Shown in pieces: positions 47,577 to 58,500 of a DNA stretch of 64,000 nucleotides. The stretch lies in the UHGV virus genome UHGV-0093367. One strand, written 5' to 3'. Source of the stretch: a virus. The translations under genes and the position numbers were made by a program. Within the stretch, counting starts at the first letter, position 1. Each line of letters begins with the position of its first letter. Under the pieces are notes generated by a model that was not told the DNA's origin, made no database searches, and worked only from the letters and a program-made list of their open reading frames with translations.

Positions 47577-47861
47577 TTATTCCTCCATAGATACTTTGCA
47601 ATGGCACTCGCAATCTCCGCGAAGATATTTTCCACCACTTTCCATATTAATGTCACAATCATGATATTCTCCGTAGATGCTGCGCTTACAGTCTGTACAG
47701 TATACAGCTTGCTTAATCTCTTTGTAACATTTCTCAGACATATTTCTAATTCTTTTCAAATCATCATCTGATTTTTCTTTGATTTCCTCAGTGGTAGTAA
47801 TCCCTGCTCTTAATAGTATGTTGTGCGTTCTTGTTGTTAATCCTAATTCATCAATTTTCAT
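47577..47861 (-). CDS. RNA polymerase alpha-CTD-like protein with Cys-rich tail
   Basis: IDELGLTTRTHNILLRAGITT..LKRIRNMSEKCYKEI. Confidence 0.7.
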   Translation of the reverse strand: MKIDELGLTTRTHNILLRAGITTTEEIKEKSDDDLKRIRNMSEKCYKEIKQAVYCTDCKRSIYGEYHDCDINMESGGKYLRGDCECHCKVSMEE

Positions 47862-47991
47862 ATTCTTCGCACTCCTCCGCATATTCATAACCGTCCACAT
47901 CGTCACATCTGCACTGACAGGAATTCTGTTTAGTACAGCAGATGCAGCACTCTGTTTCGCCGTCCGGGCATTCTAATTTGCATCTTCCCAT

Positions 47992-48324
47992 TTAGTTCTC
48001 CTTATATGGTTCTGGAAGCGGCATCCAAGCTATGACCTTCCAATACGACCTAGTACCAGTTAATTCCCATCGTTTCAACTTGCACTGGAATTTTGCATAG
48101 GTTGAACGATATATTCTTCCGTCCATGCAAGTCACTTGATATGCGCCGCTTGCTTCCGGCAATCCCTCACTGACCGGAATCCAACCATTTTCTTTCTCAT
48201 CATCCATATTTTCGATATAATCCATGATTTTAAGTCCCAACTCGTAAGCCGTTCCTTCAAAATGTTTCCCGTATGGATTTATTGTTCTTTTTATGTAATC
48301 GTAAATTTTACTTTTATCACTCAT
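47992..48324 (-). CDS. DUF551-like protein
   Basis: WIPVSEGLPE..VIAWMPLPEPY. Confidence 0.75.
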   Translation of the reverse strand: MSDKSKIYDYIKRTINPYGKHFEGTAYELGLKIMDYIENMDDEKENGWIPVSEGLPEASGAYQVTCMDGRIYRSTYAKFQCKLKRWELTGTRSYWKVIAWMPLPEPYKEN

Positions 48325-49715
48325 GCTTCCACCTCCGAATCTTCTGGCATCTGAAAGACAGATTCTTTACCACACCACATATCACCATTTCTTATTGCCA
48401 TAAATTCACAATAGGCTTCCTGAATCATATCCAGTACCTTCATGGCTTTTGCTTTAGTAGAATAAAAGCCAATCGCATAACCATTGGATGTAGATATTGG
48501 ATATTTCTTACCGATGGTACCTGAAATGTAAAGAACTATTGAGGTTTCTATATTGACTAAAGTTTCTTTATCCTGACTTCTGATTAACATTTTGCGTCCT
48601 CCTTGTAATCCTCGATCGCAGATTTAAGTCCCTCATAGAAATTAATTCTTTTTCTTAGCGTGTTTAATTCATTATCGTATTTTTTAAAAAATACTTCCTT
48701 TGCTTTTTCATAATCAGGCGTATCCAGAACAACCACTTTGCTGTATTCATTAATGAAGTTACTTATTGATTCTTTTCTTATAAACGAAGCGTAGACTCCG
48801 TCAGGGAATTTAGTTACTGGTTTGTATGTCTTCGGCTTTTCTATTACTTCGCATTCTTCAAGACGAAGATTCCATTTGTTTGTTTTTCTGTCACTGTCCA
48901 AAATGTAGAAATATAATTTCATTTTTCGCCCTCCTCATCTCTATAATTCATCACAATTGTAATTATCTGCACCAGAACTTCCTGAACCTGGTCGTAAATG
49001 TGATGATCGTCAGTTCTAAAATGAGAGTTCAGTTTTGTATCTTCCTTGCCTTTCCTGTAGCAATCTTCCATGAAGTCAATGCTATATATATCATCTTCCT
49101 TGATGATTTCGCCGTTGTTTCTCCATTCAGCAATCATTGCTTCTTCAACCAGTGTATTTACAGTATCATCTGAATCCTCATTACCGTTCAAGTATTCTAC
49201 GCAACGATCAATAAATCCCAACTTGTCAACGTACATATACGCTTTTGCTGTTCCAGATGTATATTCTTTGAATGCCTGTTCAACCTGTTCTTTGAAATCT
49301 TCTGGCAGGTCAAAAATATCCACTTCCTGTCCTTTTGGAAGCTTTATTATGTAACTTCTCATTTCTTGTCCTCCTGTTTCTTGAAATCCATCTTCAAATC
49401 ATAAATGAACTGGCAAAGTTTTTCTGCAATCTCATCCGCATTCTCTACATTTGCAAGCTGTCTAACGTACTGCTTTCCGCACACAACACAAGTCAACTTT
49501 CTGATTATTTCCCAGACCTGCCACGAAATAATGGTGGAATCAAAAGCATCTGCCATCAGAGAATTTCTTCCGTTCCCATTCTCGTCTCTGAACCACTTTT
49601 CTCTTTGCGCCTTTAATGTAGTTGCGACATCTTCTCTGGTAAGGCAACCTTTGTATTTCTCGTCCATGCGCTTTTCAAGTTCGTCCAGAAGTTCCTTCTT
49701 TTCCTGTTCTGTCAT
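48321..49715 (-). CDS. Four coupled hypothetical genes (48321-48590, 48584-48922, 48919-49362, 49359-49715)
   Basis: Overlapping start/stop codons; no recognised motifs. Confidence 0.5.
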
Positions 49716-49724
49716 TTTCTATCC

Positions 49725-50435
49725 TCACTTTCCCAATGTAAGCAACTGACACGCTATTGTGCAGTCCTCCACGATTTCTGTATTAATATTTCCTCTGTCT
49801 GGTTCTAATTCATCAAGAAATACTCCGTTTATGCAGCTATGCCCGATTTCTCGCTCCTGTCTGGCTCTGCGCTCGAAAACCTCTGGGAAATCTACTCTGA
49901 TTTTATTCCAGTAGCCCATTCCGCCTTTCGGACAGCCTATGCAATTATTGTTCGGGTAGCCTAAATCGTACATAACTGGACGCTTCAACCCCAACCTATC
50001 CGCTATTCCATGTGCTTCCTGCTTTGTCAATCCATGCTCAATCAACGGAAATTCATGGTCGTAATCGCTCAGGGCTTCACAAACTCTGTCGGCACGATTC
50101 TTTTCGTTCAGATCATATCCCCATACATAAGTGTGATGATCTGGGTGCTCACGCTCCCATTTCATGCGAACCCTTTTCTTTAATTTGTCTGTGCAAGGTG
50201 CTCCAAATGGAGTATTGATGCATCTGGTTCTTTCAATCACATCATCCACGCCGGAATATTCATCCGACTGGATAATCGTTATCTCTCTTCCTAATAGCGT
50301 CTCACAATCATGTAAGAATCTTAGGCTGTCGGGATGCTGATTCGATACATGAGTATATATAATCTCGTCAACATCCTTTGTCAGATAACACGCTACAAAA
50401 CTGCTTATTCCTGTTGAAAACCAACATACTTTCAT
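49725..50435 (-). CDS. PAPS-reductase-like (PP-loop) protein
   Basis: VCWFSTGISS, CTDKLKK, YDLGYPNNNCIGCPKGG. Confidence 0.75.
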   Translation of the reverse strand: MKVCWFSTGISSFVACYLTKDVDEIIYTHVSNQHPDSLRFLHDCETLLGREITIIQSDEYSGVDDVIERTRCINTPFGAPCTDKLKKRVRMKWEREHPDHHTYVWGYDLNEKNRADRVCEALSDYDHEFPLIEHGLTKQEAHGIADRLGLKRPVMYDLGYPNNNCIGCPKGGMGYWNKIRVDFPEVFERRARQEREIGHSCINGVFLDELEPDRGNINTEIVEDCTIACQLLTLGK

Positions 50436-50667
50436 AACACCACGCTACAAATCCTGTGCGTGGATAAGGAACATAGGCTTCCCATGCTGACGGTCTGAAA
50501 CTCACATAAGTCAAATATGCTATATGTGCGCTACTTCAAATTCCACCTTATCGAATCGCCAACGCAACTATTGTTCCCTTTATGTAATTTCTTTCACACC
50601 TTTAAATTACAACCTCGGTTTACCGAGGATTCGTTATTCCTTTCTATATTTAAACTTCATTTTTCTC

Positions 50668-52050
50668 CTATCCAAATGCTACCTGTCCGTTATTCTGCAT
50701 ATAAATCATCGGCGCAGCTTTACGCTCTCCAACTTTCAGATACGGGCAATTTGCTTTCACAAGTGCTTCTGCCATAACTGGCACAACACTGTTCCCGATT
50801 CTTGCTACCTGTTTTGCAATCGGGTAGTTTCTCCATTTATAGTCCCGATCAATGATGTAATCTTTCGGAAACCCCTGCATTACCTTTAATTCTTCCGGCT
50901 TTAGCATTCTTAGAAAAATATCTGAAATAATGTATTTCTCTCCATGGATATCAACCAGAACATTTACCAGTCCGAACCTGTCTTTTGTGGTAATGGTTCC
51001 AAGTGGCTCGTTAAGTACCTGTCCGCATCCTGTTCCGTAATATTTAACCAGAAAAGCGGATATCACTCCGAAATGACCGGGTGATGTGGTTATCGTATGC
51101 AACGGCTCATCACATCCCTGACCGATTCCGGTCTTGTAATACTTCGTGATAAAAGCTGTTACAAGACCATATCTGTTTGATGTATCAATAGTCTTAATCG
51201 GTTCAGTCAACAATTGTCCTCTGGAATCGCCTTGCCTAGTTTCCCCGTGGTACTGAATGATAAATGCCAGTGCATCTTTGTTCTGCACAATGTAAGGATC
51301 TGGATTATCAACGATATATTTCTTGATTCCATTTGCAATACGCTTCTGCGTTGCTTCTGCCAGTGGTTTCGGACGGTCGAAGATGCTTTTGCCTAAGTCT
51401 GACCAATCAATGTAGTCTCCGCACTGTTCGTATCGTTTCAGACCGTCTATTCCAAAACGATTATGCGTAGGATTTGGCCATATTATCTTCTTCCCGTCCC
51501 TGCGGAACACCGCATACCAACGTTTCCTTGTAGTAGGTGCTCCATAATCCGCAGCTACCAGTTCCCGGCTGTCAAATTCATAACCAATATTTTCCATTGC
51601 TGAAATGAATTTTCGATAATCTTCACCGGTTCTTTCTTTGATCGGATGCCCTTTCTCATCGAGTGGCCCCCATTGTTGTATTTCTTCCACGTTTTCCATG
51701 ATAATTACATCTGGGAGGATTGCTTTTGCGTGTTTATATACAGCCCACGGAAGAATGCGAAGCCCCTGTTTCCTCGGCTGACCGCCTTTCGCTTTTGAAT
51801 GGCTTGTGCAGTCCGGGGAAGCCCACATCAACGCTACGTGCTGATTTCCGACGTATTTCTGCAAATCTACTTTGAAAATATCCTCTGTTAGATGCAGTGT
51901 TCCAGGGTGATTCGTCTTGTGCATCAGGATAGCGTCAGGGTCGTGATTGATTGCTATATCTACCGGCCTTCCGAGTGCCATCTCAATTCCTGCTGAAGCG
52001 CCACCTCCGCCTCAGCCTGCGAAACAATCAATTATTAACTGTTTCTGCAT
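50668..52050 (-). pseudogene. C5-cytosine DNA methyltransferase with an in-frame TGA in motif I (52012-52014)
   Basis: MQKQLIIDCFAG*GGGGASAGIEM; ASPDC, ENV, R.R and IGNSV motifs downstream. Confidence 0.85.
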
Positions 52051-52492
52051 CTGGCATCACCTCGCTTTCTCCAAACCCAAATTCCTTGTTAATATCAAAA
52101 GAATCAAATTCAATCTGCAATCCCATTTCTTCTTTAATTTCCTTATATGCTGCTTCAACGCCGATTTCCTCAACATATCTTTCAGCTTCGGTAATCTTAT
52201 CAATGAAATTCTGGTTTGCTTTCTTGAATCCCCATGCTTTCTTGATTGCAATAACAGAAATTAAAATATTTGCCACAGCAATATAATCTTCTGCTTTCCA
52301 CAGCTTTTCCTGTGATTCTTTGATAAGCTGCTCTCTGATTTCCTGTTCTTTTGAATCCAAATACGTTTTAAGAGATTCAATTCTTACGCCAGTCTGTCTG
52401 GAAGCCTGCTCCATTGTAAAGCCAGTTATGTTAAGTGGTGCCGGGATTAAGCTTCTTTGACTTTTTGGCTTTTTAATCTTCAACTTTCCCAT
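52028..52492 (-). CDS. Hypothetical protein
   Basis: 154 aa in an operon. Confidence 0.5.
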   Translation of the reverse strand: MGKLKIKKPKSQRSLIPAPLNITGFTMEQASRQTGVRIESLKTYLDSKEQEIREQLIKESQEKLWKAEDYIAVANILISVIAIKKAWGFKKANQNFIDKITEAERYVEEIGVEAAYKEIKEEMGLQIEFDSFDINKEFGFGESEVMPDAETVNN

Positions 52493-52737
52493 CCGACAGC
52501 CCTCCTTATCTTCTGAGTCAGAATGTCAAATTCCATCAACATCCTGCGATCATTCTTGTTTGAGTATGTGATTGTTTGCTGTCCTTCATATATGACTGCA
52601 TATCTTCCGTTAATGTCATATGCCCCGCTGATTGCCTGCGATATCTGACTTCTTGTCTTTCCTGTCAATTTTGATATTTCAGCAAGCGTCAGCTCCCCGA
52701 TATATTTTGAACCGTCATATACGTCATACAGTTTCAT
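52480..52737 (-). CDS. HTH protein
   Basis: LTLAEISKLTGKTRSQISQAI. Confidence 0.55.
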   Translation of the reverse strand: MKLYDVYDGSKYIGELTLAEISKLTGKTRSQISQAISGAYDINGRYAVIYEGQQTITYSNKNDRRMLMEFDILTQKIRRAVGWES

Positions 52738-52987
52738 GTTTCTTTGCTCCTATCAGTTCGTATGTCCTGTGCGAACCAGTTCCGTGAAATACGATCAATC
52801 CATCGTCCTCGAATTGCCTTAGATGCCTTTGAACGGCGCTCCTACTGATATCTAGTTCCTCAGATATCTTCTTGGTTGTTGGAGTCCCTTTGTGAGACAA
52901 CGCGTATTTACGGATGAAATAATAAATATCCTTTCGGTTCTGCATCCATTGCATGTGTTTTTGATGTCGTAATGCGTCCATATTCAC
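52724..52987 (-). CDS. LexA-type winged-helix protein
   Basis: PTTKKISEELDISRSAVQRHLRQFEDDGLI. Confidence 0.7.
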   Translation of the reverse strand: MNMDALRHQKHMQWMQNRKDIYYFIRKYALSHKGTPTTKKISEELDISRSAVQRHLRQFEDDGLIVFHGTGSHRTYELIGAKKHETV

Positions 52988-52994
52988 GATTCCT

Positions 52995-53828
52995 TTACAA
53001 AAAATCTTCTATGCTTATTTGACTGTTTTCATCAAAAACAAGCATTTCTTCTTTTGCTCTCTTAAAGAAATTTCTATCAATTTCAAATCCGAAAGCATTT
53101 CTTCCTATTTCATGTGCAGCTCTTAATGTTGTCCCGCTTCCGCAACATGGGTCTATTACTACATCTCCTGGATCGGTAAACGTTTCAATCAATCTTTTTA
53201 AAAGTTTGACTGGCTTTTGTGCCGGATGAATTTTAGGAATATCTTTTCCATCTTTCTCCCAATCGAACCAGTTAAAAACCATGTGCCCTGTACCTCTGAT
53301 TGTTTTTCCGCTTTCGTCAGTCTGAACGCCGTTCCTAAACTTAGGAAGCCTGTCTCTGTAAAACAATAATGCGTATTCCGTAGCTCCAACCACACGCATA
53401 TTCGCTTTTAATACTTGAGGGCTGTAATTTTTTATGAAAACAAGTGGGATATAATGTACAAAACCATGTTTTTCAGCAGCTTTAATCAATGTTTGCGTTT
53501 GTTCAAACGAGCAAAATACAATCATACATGGAGAATTGCTACTTCTTCCTCTTGGCACAGGTGTCGTATCTTCTTTTTTTAACATTCTTGAGCAAAAGTG
53601 AAAGTATTCATATAAGTTAAAATTAAAATCTGAATTAAAGGCAGCTTTTCCTGCTAGTTTACTTTCACCATTTTTATTATCCCCCCCTACATACCACATA
53701 GGGTTGCTCCCGTAAAAATTATTCGCTACATTATACGGAACATCAGCTATAACAAGCTGTGCTCTTGGAATTGCATATTTCTTGTAATTTTGCATTGAGT
53801 CTCTGTATATTTCACATTTTAATTTCAT
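52995..53828 (-). CDS. N4/N6 DNA methyltransferase (beta class)
   Basis: IADVPY, HPAQKP, VIDPCCGSGTT. Confidence 0.88.
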   Translation of the reverse strand: MKLKCEIYRDSMQNYKKYAIPRAQLVIADVPYNVANNFYGSNPMWYVGGDNKNGESKLAGKAAFNSDFNFNLYEYFHFCSRMLKKEDTTPVPRGRSSNSPCMIVFCSFEQTQTLIKAAEKHGFVHYIPLVFIKNYSPQVLKANMRVVGATEYALLFYRDRLPKFRNGVQTDESGKTIRGTGHMVFNWFDWEKDGKDIPKIHPAQKPVKLLKRLIETFTDPGDVVIDPCCGSGTTLRAAHEIGRNAFGFEIDRNFFKRAKEEMLVFDENSQISIEDFL

Positions 53829-53885
53829 ATTTCAAAAAAGCCCGGTGCACCCTTGCGTCACATGAAGGCAAGCTCCTTTCATTTT

Positions 53886-54527
53886 TTATTCATATGTTTT
53901 CTCATCAATCAAGTTCTGAAACTTTTCAAAAGCCCGGATTGATACTTTATTATTCTGCTTTTCTGGTTTCAGTGAAACTTGCAAGTGTGTGTCTATGATG
54001 TGCGATAGCTCTCTGGCGAGGGATTTCTTTCCCTGCTTTAAACCATCATAATAACCTTTTGCCGGTCTGTACTCATCAATCTGTTTCTTACCTGTTCCCT
54101 GAGAGCCGCCAGTCTTGTTTCTAAGCTGATATCCTTGATCTGCAAGCCATCTGATATAATACTGTTCCTTTTCGTCAAGTTCTAATTCTGGACAATTAAT
54201 ATGCACTACACGCCAACCATATGGATTTTTTTCTGAATATAATCCATGTTTTTTCAAACTAAGATCAATGTGCTGTTGGTGTCCTGCACTATGTTGACAT
54301 AATCTGGTAATCAGTTTCTTTGCCTGTCCTACATATCCAAACTTAAAACCATCTTCATCAATTCTTGTCAAAATGTAGATTCCGGGATTGTCGTTCAGAT
54401 GCGGGTCAATTTTTAACCACCTCTTACGGTTCTCAGCTTCAATCGCCTTGGCTTTTACAAAATTTTTATAGTTACTATTCAAAGACTTATCACCTCGATT
54501 CATTTTTTGGTGTACCTTTGATACCAT
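53886..54527 (-). CDS. GIY-YIG nuclease
   Basis: GIYILTR..YVGQA..R..H..E..NKTGG. The true start is probably the TTG near 54482. Confidence 0.75.
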   Translation of the reverse strand: MVSKVHQKMNRGDKSLNSNYKNFVKAKAIEAENRKRWLKIDPHLNDNPGIYILTRIDEDGFKFGYVGQAKKLITRLCQHSAGHQQHIDLSLKKHGLYSEKNPYGWRVVHINCPELELDEKEQYYIRWLADQGYQLRNKTGGSQGTGKKQIDEYRPAKGYYDGLKQGKKSLARELSHIIDTHLQVSLKPEKQNNKVSIRAFEKFQNLIDEKTYE

Positions 54528-54594
54528 TATGATACCACTTTGATACCTATATTACAAGATAAAAATGATACCACTTTGGTATCTAGTTGACACC
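54519..54594. promoter_or_regulatory. TGATACC operator repeats between the divergent GIY-YIG and RHH genes
   Basis: TGATACC at 54519, 54530, 54541 and 54566; inverted GGTATC at 54578; TGACACC at 54588. Confidence 0.65.
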
Positions 54595-54642
54595 AATAAG
54601 CAAAAATGCTACAATGTTCTAAAAACAAGGGAGGGATTTCAC

Positions 54643-54795
54643 ATGACTGCCAAGTCTGATAAAACCAGAACTAACATCACGTTCCCGATACAGCTCAAAG
54701 AACAACTTGAGCAGATTGCCAAGCAGGAGAACAGGAGTTTTAATAATCTGGTCATTACTGTTCTCCAAGATTTTGTAAAAAGTGCCGATAAATAG
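54643..54795 (+). CDS. Arc/RHH DNA-binding protein
   Basis: RTNITFPIQLKEQLEQIAKQENRSFNNLVITVL. Confidence 0.8.
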   Translation: MTAKSDKTRTNITFPIQLKEQLEQIAKQENRSFNNLVITVLQDFVKSADK

Positions 54796-55229
54796 TCGGT
54801 GCTTTTTTATTTAACTGTTATTTTCTCTATCATCCTCTACAGCCTCACCAAGGCAAGCCATAACCGGTCCTGACTCAAGCAAGCATTCTCTTTCTCTGGT
54901 ATTCTTACCATCATTTGAGCGCCAATCCCCGACAATATATAGACTTGCGTCTGCGCTCAGAATATCTGTTTCCATATTCCAATAATTAATATGAATTTCG
55001 TATGCAGCATTTGCAGAGATCGCATATCTGTAAATGCCTTTGGTGACTTCTTTCCAGTCCTTTAAATTTGCTGATACCATATTTATTCCTCCTTGTACGG
55101 TTCCGGCAACGGCATCCATGCCACAACCTTTCCGTTTAACTTCTTGTCTATCCTTCCGTAGCTGCATAGAACCTGCTAATTATCATTAACATAATTCGCT
55201 GGTATCCATTCCATTTTTTCGCCCCCGGT

Positions 55230-55718
55230 TCATAATTTGCGTCCATTCCAATGTCTCGGAAATTCAGCAAATTTAGGATTCTCGATAAGTCTAATATACG
55301 TTTTGTCTGACATAACCATTACCATTTTTGTAATCTTTGGAGCATAGAAGCTATATTTTTCTTCACATTCTACGTATATCAGATTTCTCTCATTGCACCA
55401 ATCTTCAAGCTTCTTTTTGTCAAATTGATACGGTTGATTTACAAGTACAATTCTTTTCGTTCCTTTAGTCTTGAATATCATGCAATGGTCTCTATCTGGA
55501 AAATTTTCACCATATTCTCCATGATAAAAGTTTGAAGTATTGTTATACGTTTTTTCCCCAAACAACAACCTTTCATAACTTCCAATTGGATATCCACCAT
55601 ACGACATCAAGTCGAAACCAAAATAGCCGATAAAATGATGGAAATTTGCCATTCTTAAAATATTTCCGTTATCTCCCTTTGGGAGGCAAAAAGGATATTT
55701 AATTTTATCCCATTTCAT
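55230..55718 (-). CDS. Hypothetical protein
   Basis: 162 aa, DRDH..VNQPY. Confidence 0.5.
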   Translation of the reverse strand: MKWDKIKYPFCLPKGDNGNILRMANFHHFIGYFGFDLMSYGGYPIGSYERLLFGEKTYNNTSNFYHGEYGENFPDRDHCMIFKTKGTKRIVLVNQPYQFDKKKLEDWCNERNLIYVECEEKYSFYAPKITKMVMVMSDKTYIRLIENPKFAEFPRHWNGRKL

Positions 55719-55730
55719 TTCTTTCTCCTT

Positions 55731-56468
55731 TCAAAACGGGCATAAATTCAAATCAACATTCAGTCCCGGTCTTGCGATCTGCACTAGAACATCATCCCCA
55801 GCTACTTCCTGTATCTCTTTTTGCATCACTTCCGGATTTCCCCATCCCTCTGACAAATGACACAGCGTTATGGTTCTGAGCGAAGCGGTCTTGTTCACTC
55901 GGATAATCTCTTTTACAGTAGATAAGCTGCTGTGCCCCCGGATGGAGTGTTCAAACTTAAATGAATCCTGCTCCGGCGATTCGTCAAGATGATTACATTC
56001 TATAAGGAAGTGATTTATTCTCATGTTCTTGAATGAGAACGGCAAATATGAGAAGTCTGTCGCATATATCAGCCGTCCACATTCTTCGTGAGATATCAGG
56101 TATGCAAAGTTTGGTGTCTTGTCGTGTGGGACGTAGAAAGGCGTTGCCCGGAACGAACCTATGTCCTTCGATTTCTTTTCTGGTAAGCCAATCATCAGCT
56201 CACCAGAGATTGTATTTACACTTTCAACTGTCTCGTCATTGGTGTAAATCTGGATGCCGGACTGCATTAGATTCTGGAATGATTTCAGGTGATCTCCATG
56301 TCCATGGGTCAGTAGACAGCCCGAAACATCCAATATTCTGTATGAAATTCCTTTCAAAATCTCTGGGTATTTGCATCCGCAATCCAGAAGTAAGATTTCG
56401 CCAGATTCGGATTTAAGCGCATAGCAGTTTCCTGGTTGGCTACCTGTATTTATCACTCTCATGAACAT
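55731..56468 (-). CDS. Metallo-beta-lactamase-fold nuclease
   Basis: TGSQPGNCY, LLDCG, THGHGDH, PHD, ATD, HLS; neighbours recT. Confidence 0.85.
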   Translation of the reverse strand: MFMRVINTGSQPGNCYALKSESGEILLLDCGCKYPEILKGISYRILDVSGCLLTHGHGDHLKSFQNLMQSGIQIYTNDETVESVNTISGELMIGLPEKKSKDIGSFRATPFYVPHDKTPNFAYLISHEECGRLIYATDFSYLPFSFKNMRINHFLIECNHLDESPEQDSFKFEHSIRGHSSLSTVKEIIRVNKTASLRTITLCHLSEGWGNPEVMQKEIQEVAGDDVLVQIARPGLNVDLNLCPF

Positions 56469-56485
56469 TTCAAACCACCTCACTT

Positions 56486-57106
56486 TCAATATTCAAATTC
56501 CAAATTGTTTATAAAATTCACGATTTTTCCATCTTCGATCACGACAAATTCTGTAACAAATTCATGAACCTGACTAAGACCGGATTCTACATATTCTTGT
56601 TGCTCGTCGTCATATTTTTCGAACCATCTTTCTACGCTATCATCGACAGAAGTGTTTTTCATTACAAAATACGGTGTATCTTCCGGCAATAATTCTATTG
56701 CGCTAGCAATCTTTTCGAATCTTTCAATGATGTGTTCTCTTTCCAGAACCGGTATATTATCCTCGGTGTCTCTGCAATAATTATTGTTTTGCTTAACAAA
56801 GCCTCTTATTGCATTTGCCACACAGTTCTTATCTTTTGTGAAGAAAACCTGTTGTCCAGAAAGTTCCCAGCAAATCCTGTCTACCGCATTGTCACAATTG
56901 TTAATTTCATTGTTTACTTCTTTCCAAAGAGAAGTATCATGAATGATATTTCTCTTAAATCCATGACTTATTAATTTACTTGGCGGGATATATTTTTCTG
57001 CCAAAACATCCCACACAATAGGTGCAAACAGCCATGAATTTCTGAACTCTTCAATAACATTTCCTTTATAATCTTTATCAATTCCATATAAACTGCTGTA
57101 ACTCAT
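56486..57106 (-). CDS. Hypothetical protein
   Basis: 206 aa, EFRNSWLFAPIVWD. Confidence 0.5.
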   Translation of the reverse strand: MSYSSLYGIDKDYKGNVIEEFRNSWLFAPIVWDVLAEKYIPPSKLISHGFKRNIIHDTSLWKEVNNEINNCDNAVDRICWELSGQQVFFTKDKNCVANAIRGFVKQNNNYCRDTEDNIPVLEREHIIERFEKIASAIELLPEDTPYFVMKNTSVDDSVERWFEKYDDEQQEYVESGLSQVHEFVTEFVVIEDGKIVNFINNLEFEY

Positions 57107-57530
57107 TTTTCATACCTCGTAATCCTCTGGGAATCTAAATATAACTTCGTTTATTCCGATTTTAATAACATCTCCTGCAAGACTTTTAGCAAGCATTCCA
57201 AGGCTTGCATCATTCAACATTGACATTACATCCGCGCAACTCTTCTTTGATGAATAGCTTGCCATCACATATGGACTTTGCTGTATTCCTCCGGCAAATA
57301 CCGCCTGTATGTAGTTGTCCGAAACAAGCAATGCTGTCGTTTCATACGGAAGATTGATTTTTCCATCCTGCGATATAATCCTCATAGTTTTCACCTCTTT
57401 TATCGAAAAAGTCTTTTACCGACTCATAGTACGGGCAGTTTTCACACCGCCCGATACAAGCCATATATTTCCCAAACTTCCCTGAGTCGCACCGATCAAA
57501 ATTGATGCAGTCGAAGTACATCATATGCGA

Positions 57531-58478
57531 TCACATCTCTTCTGGCTTCATAAAATCTGGAATGGTTGATTCCTGCCCTGCTGCCGGAACCGGTTCTTTC
57601 TCGGAAGTCTTTACGACTTCTGCAACTGTTGGCTGTTTAGGCTGTTCTTCGATTGCTACTGGCTCATCTGGGATAAATTCTTCTGCATTGGCGTTCTGCT
57701 CAATTTCATAAGCAACTTCATGCTCAATAATGTCCTGCTTTGGAATTTCTTCTGTGGCTTCCTCAACTTCCTGAATGAAAACATCACCATGACTATTGAT
57801 AATCTGCTTTAATGCACGATTGATAACTGTTTTCTTTGCCATCTGGTCAGTAAATTTCTGATGTGTTCCATTGCCGTTTTCCTTGTAACCATAGCCCTGT
57901 GACCAAGCCTGCTTGATCTGCTTCATGTTCATTACTTCCAAATGCTTTGTTCCGTCTTCCATCATCACTACTGCATATGCCCCAAGAATATTATCGTTGT
58001 CAATGTTCATAAAATCCTGTTCATGAGAATCCAGAATCTTGTTTCCATCTTCGATGTGGTATTTGAACTTATCACCATCGTAGATGATCTCGGCATGGAT
58101 ATCTTTCATTCCATATCTTCTGGCGATTGTAATGTTTCCAAAGTAAGACCTCTGGAACTGGCACTGATTTCCATAACTAATGAAATAGCCCTGTTTTTTC
58201 TGCACCGAAAGTCCGAGTGTTGCCATGTTCATAAGGCTATTTGCAATGCTTGTGGATGTGCAAGATTCCAAAACTGGCTTATTATTTCTGTCTTTTGTCT
58301 CTTTCAGAGTCAGATATGCCCCCATAAGTGCATTACTGAGGTTGTAGTCTTTTGGGAATGAAAGACCGTATTTACATTTTTCTTCAAGCTGCTTAGTCAA
58401 TCCATCAATGAATGAATTATTGATTACGACTGCTGCCTGCTGTTCTCCTGCTGTTACTAACTGTGTTTTTCCTGCCAT
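57531..58478 (-). CDS. recT: RecT-family single-strand annealing protein
   Basis: SIANSLMNMATLGLS..YFISYG..QRSYFG..QMAKKTVINRALK. Confidence 0.88.
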   Translation of the reverse strand: MAGKTQLVTAGEQQAAVVINNSFIDGLTKQLEEKCKYGLSFPKDYNLSNALMGAYLTLKETKDRNNKPVLESCTSTSIANSLMNMATLGLSVQKKQGYFISYGNQCQFQRSYFGNITIARRYGMKDIHAEIIYDGDKFKYHIEDGNKILDSHEQDFMNIDNDNILGAYAVVMMEDGTKHLEVMNMKQIKQAWSQGYGYKENGNGTHQKFTDQMAKKTVINRALKQIINSHGDVFIQEVEEATEEIPKQDIIEHEVAYEIEQNANAEEFIPDEPVAIEEQPKQPTVAEVVKTSEKEPVPAAGQESTIPDFMKPEEM

Positions 58479-58500
58479 TTTTATATCTCCTTTTCTTGTA

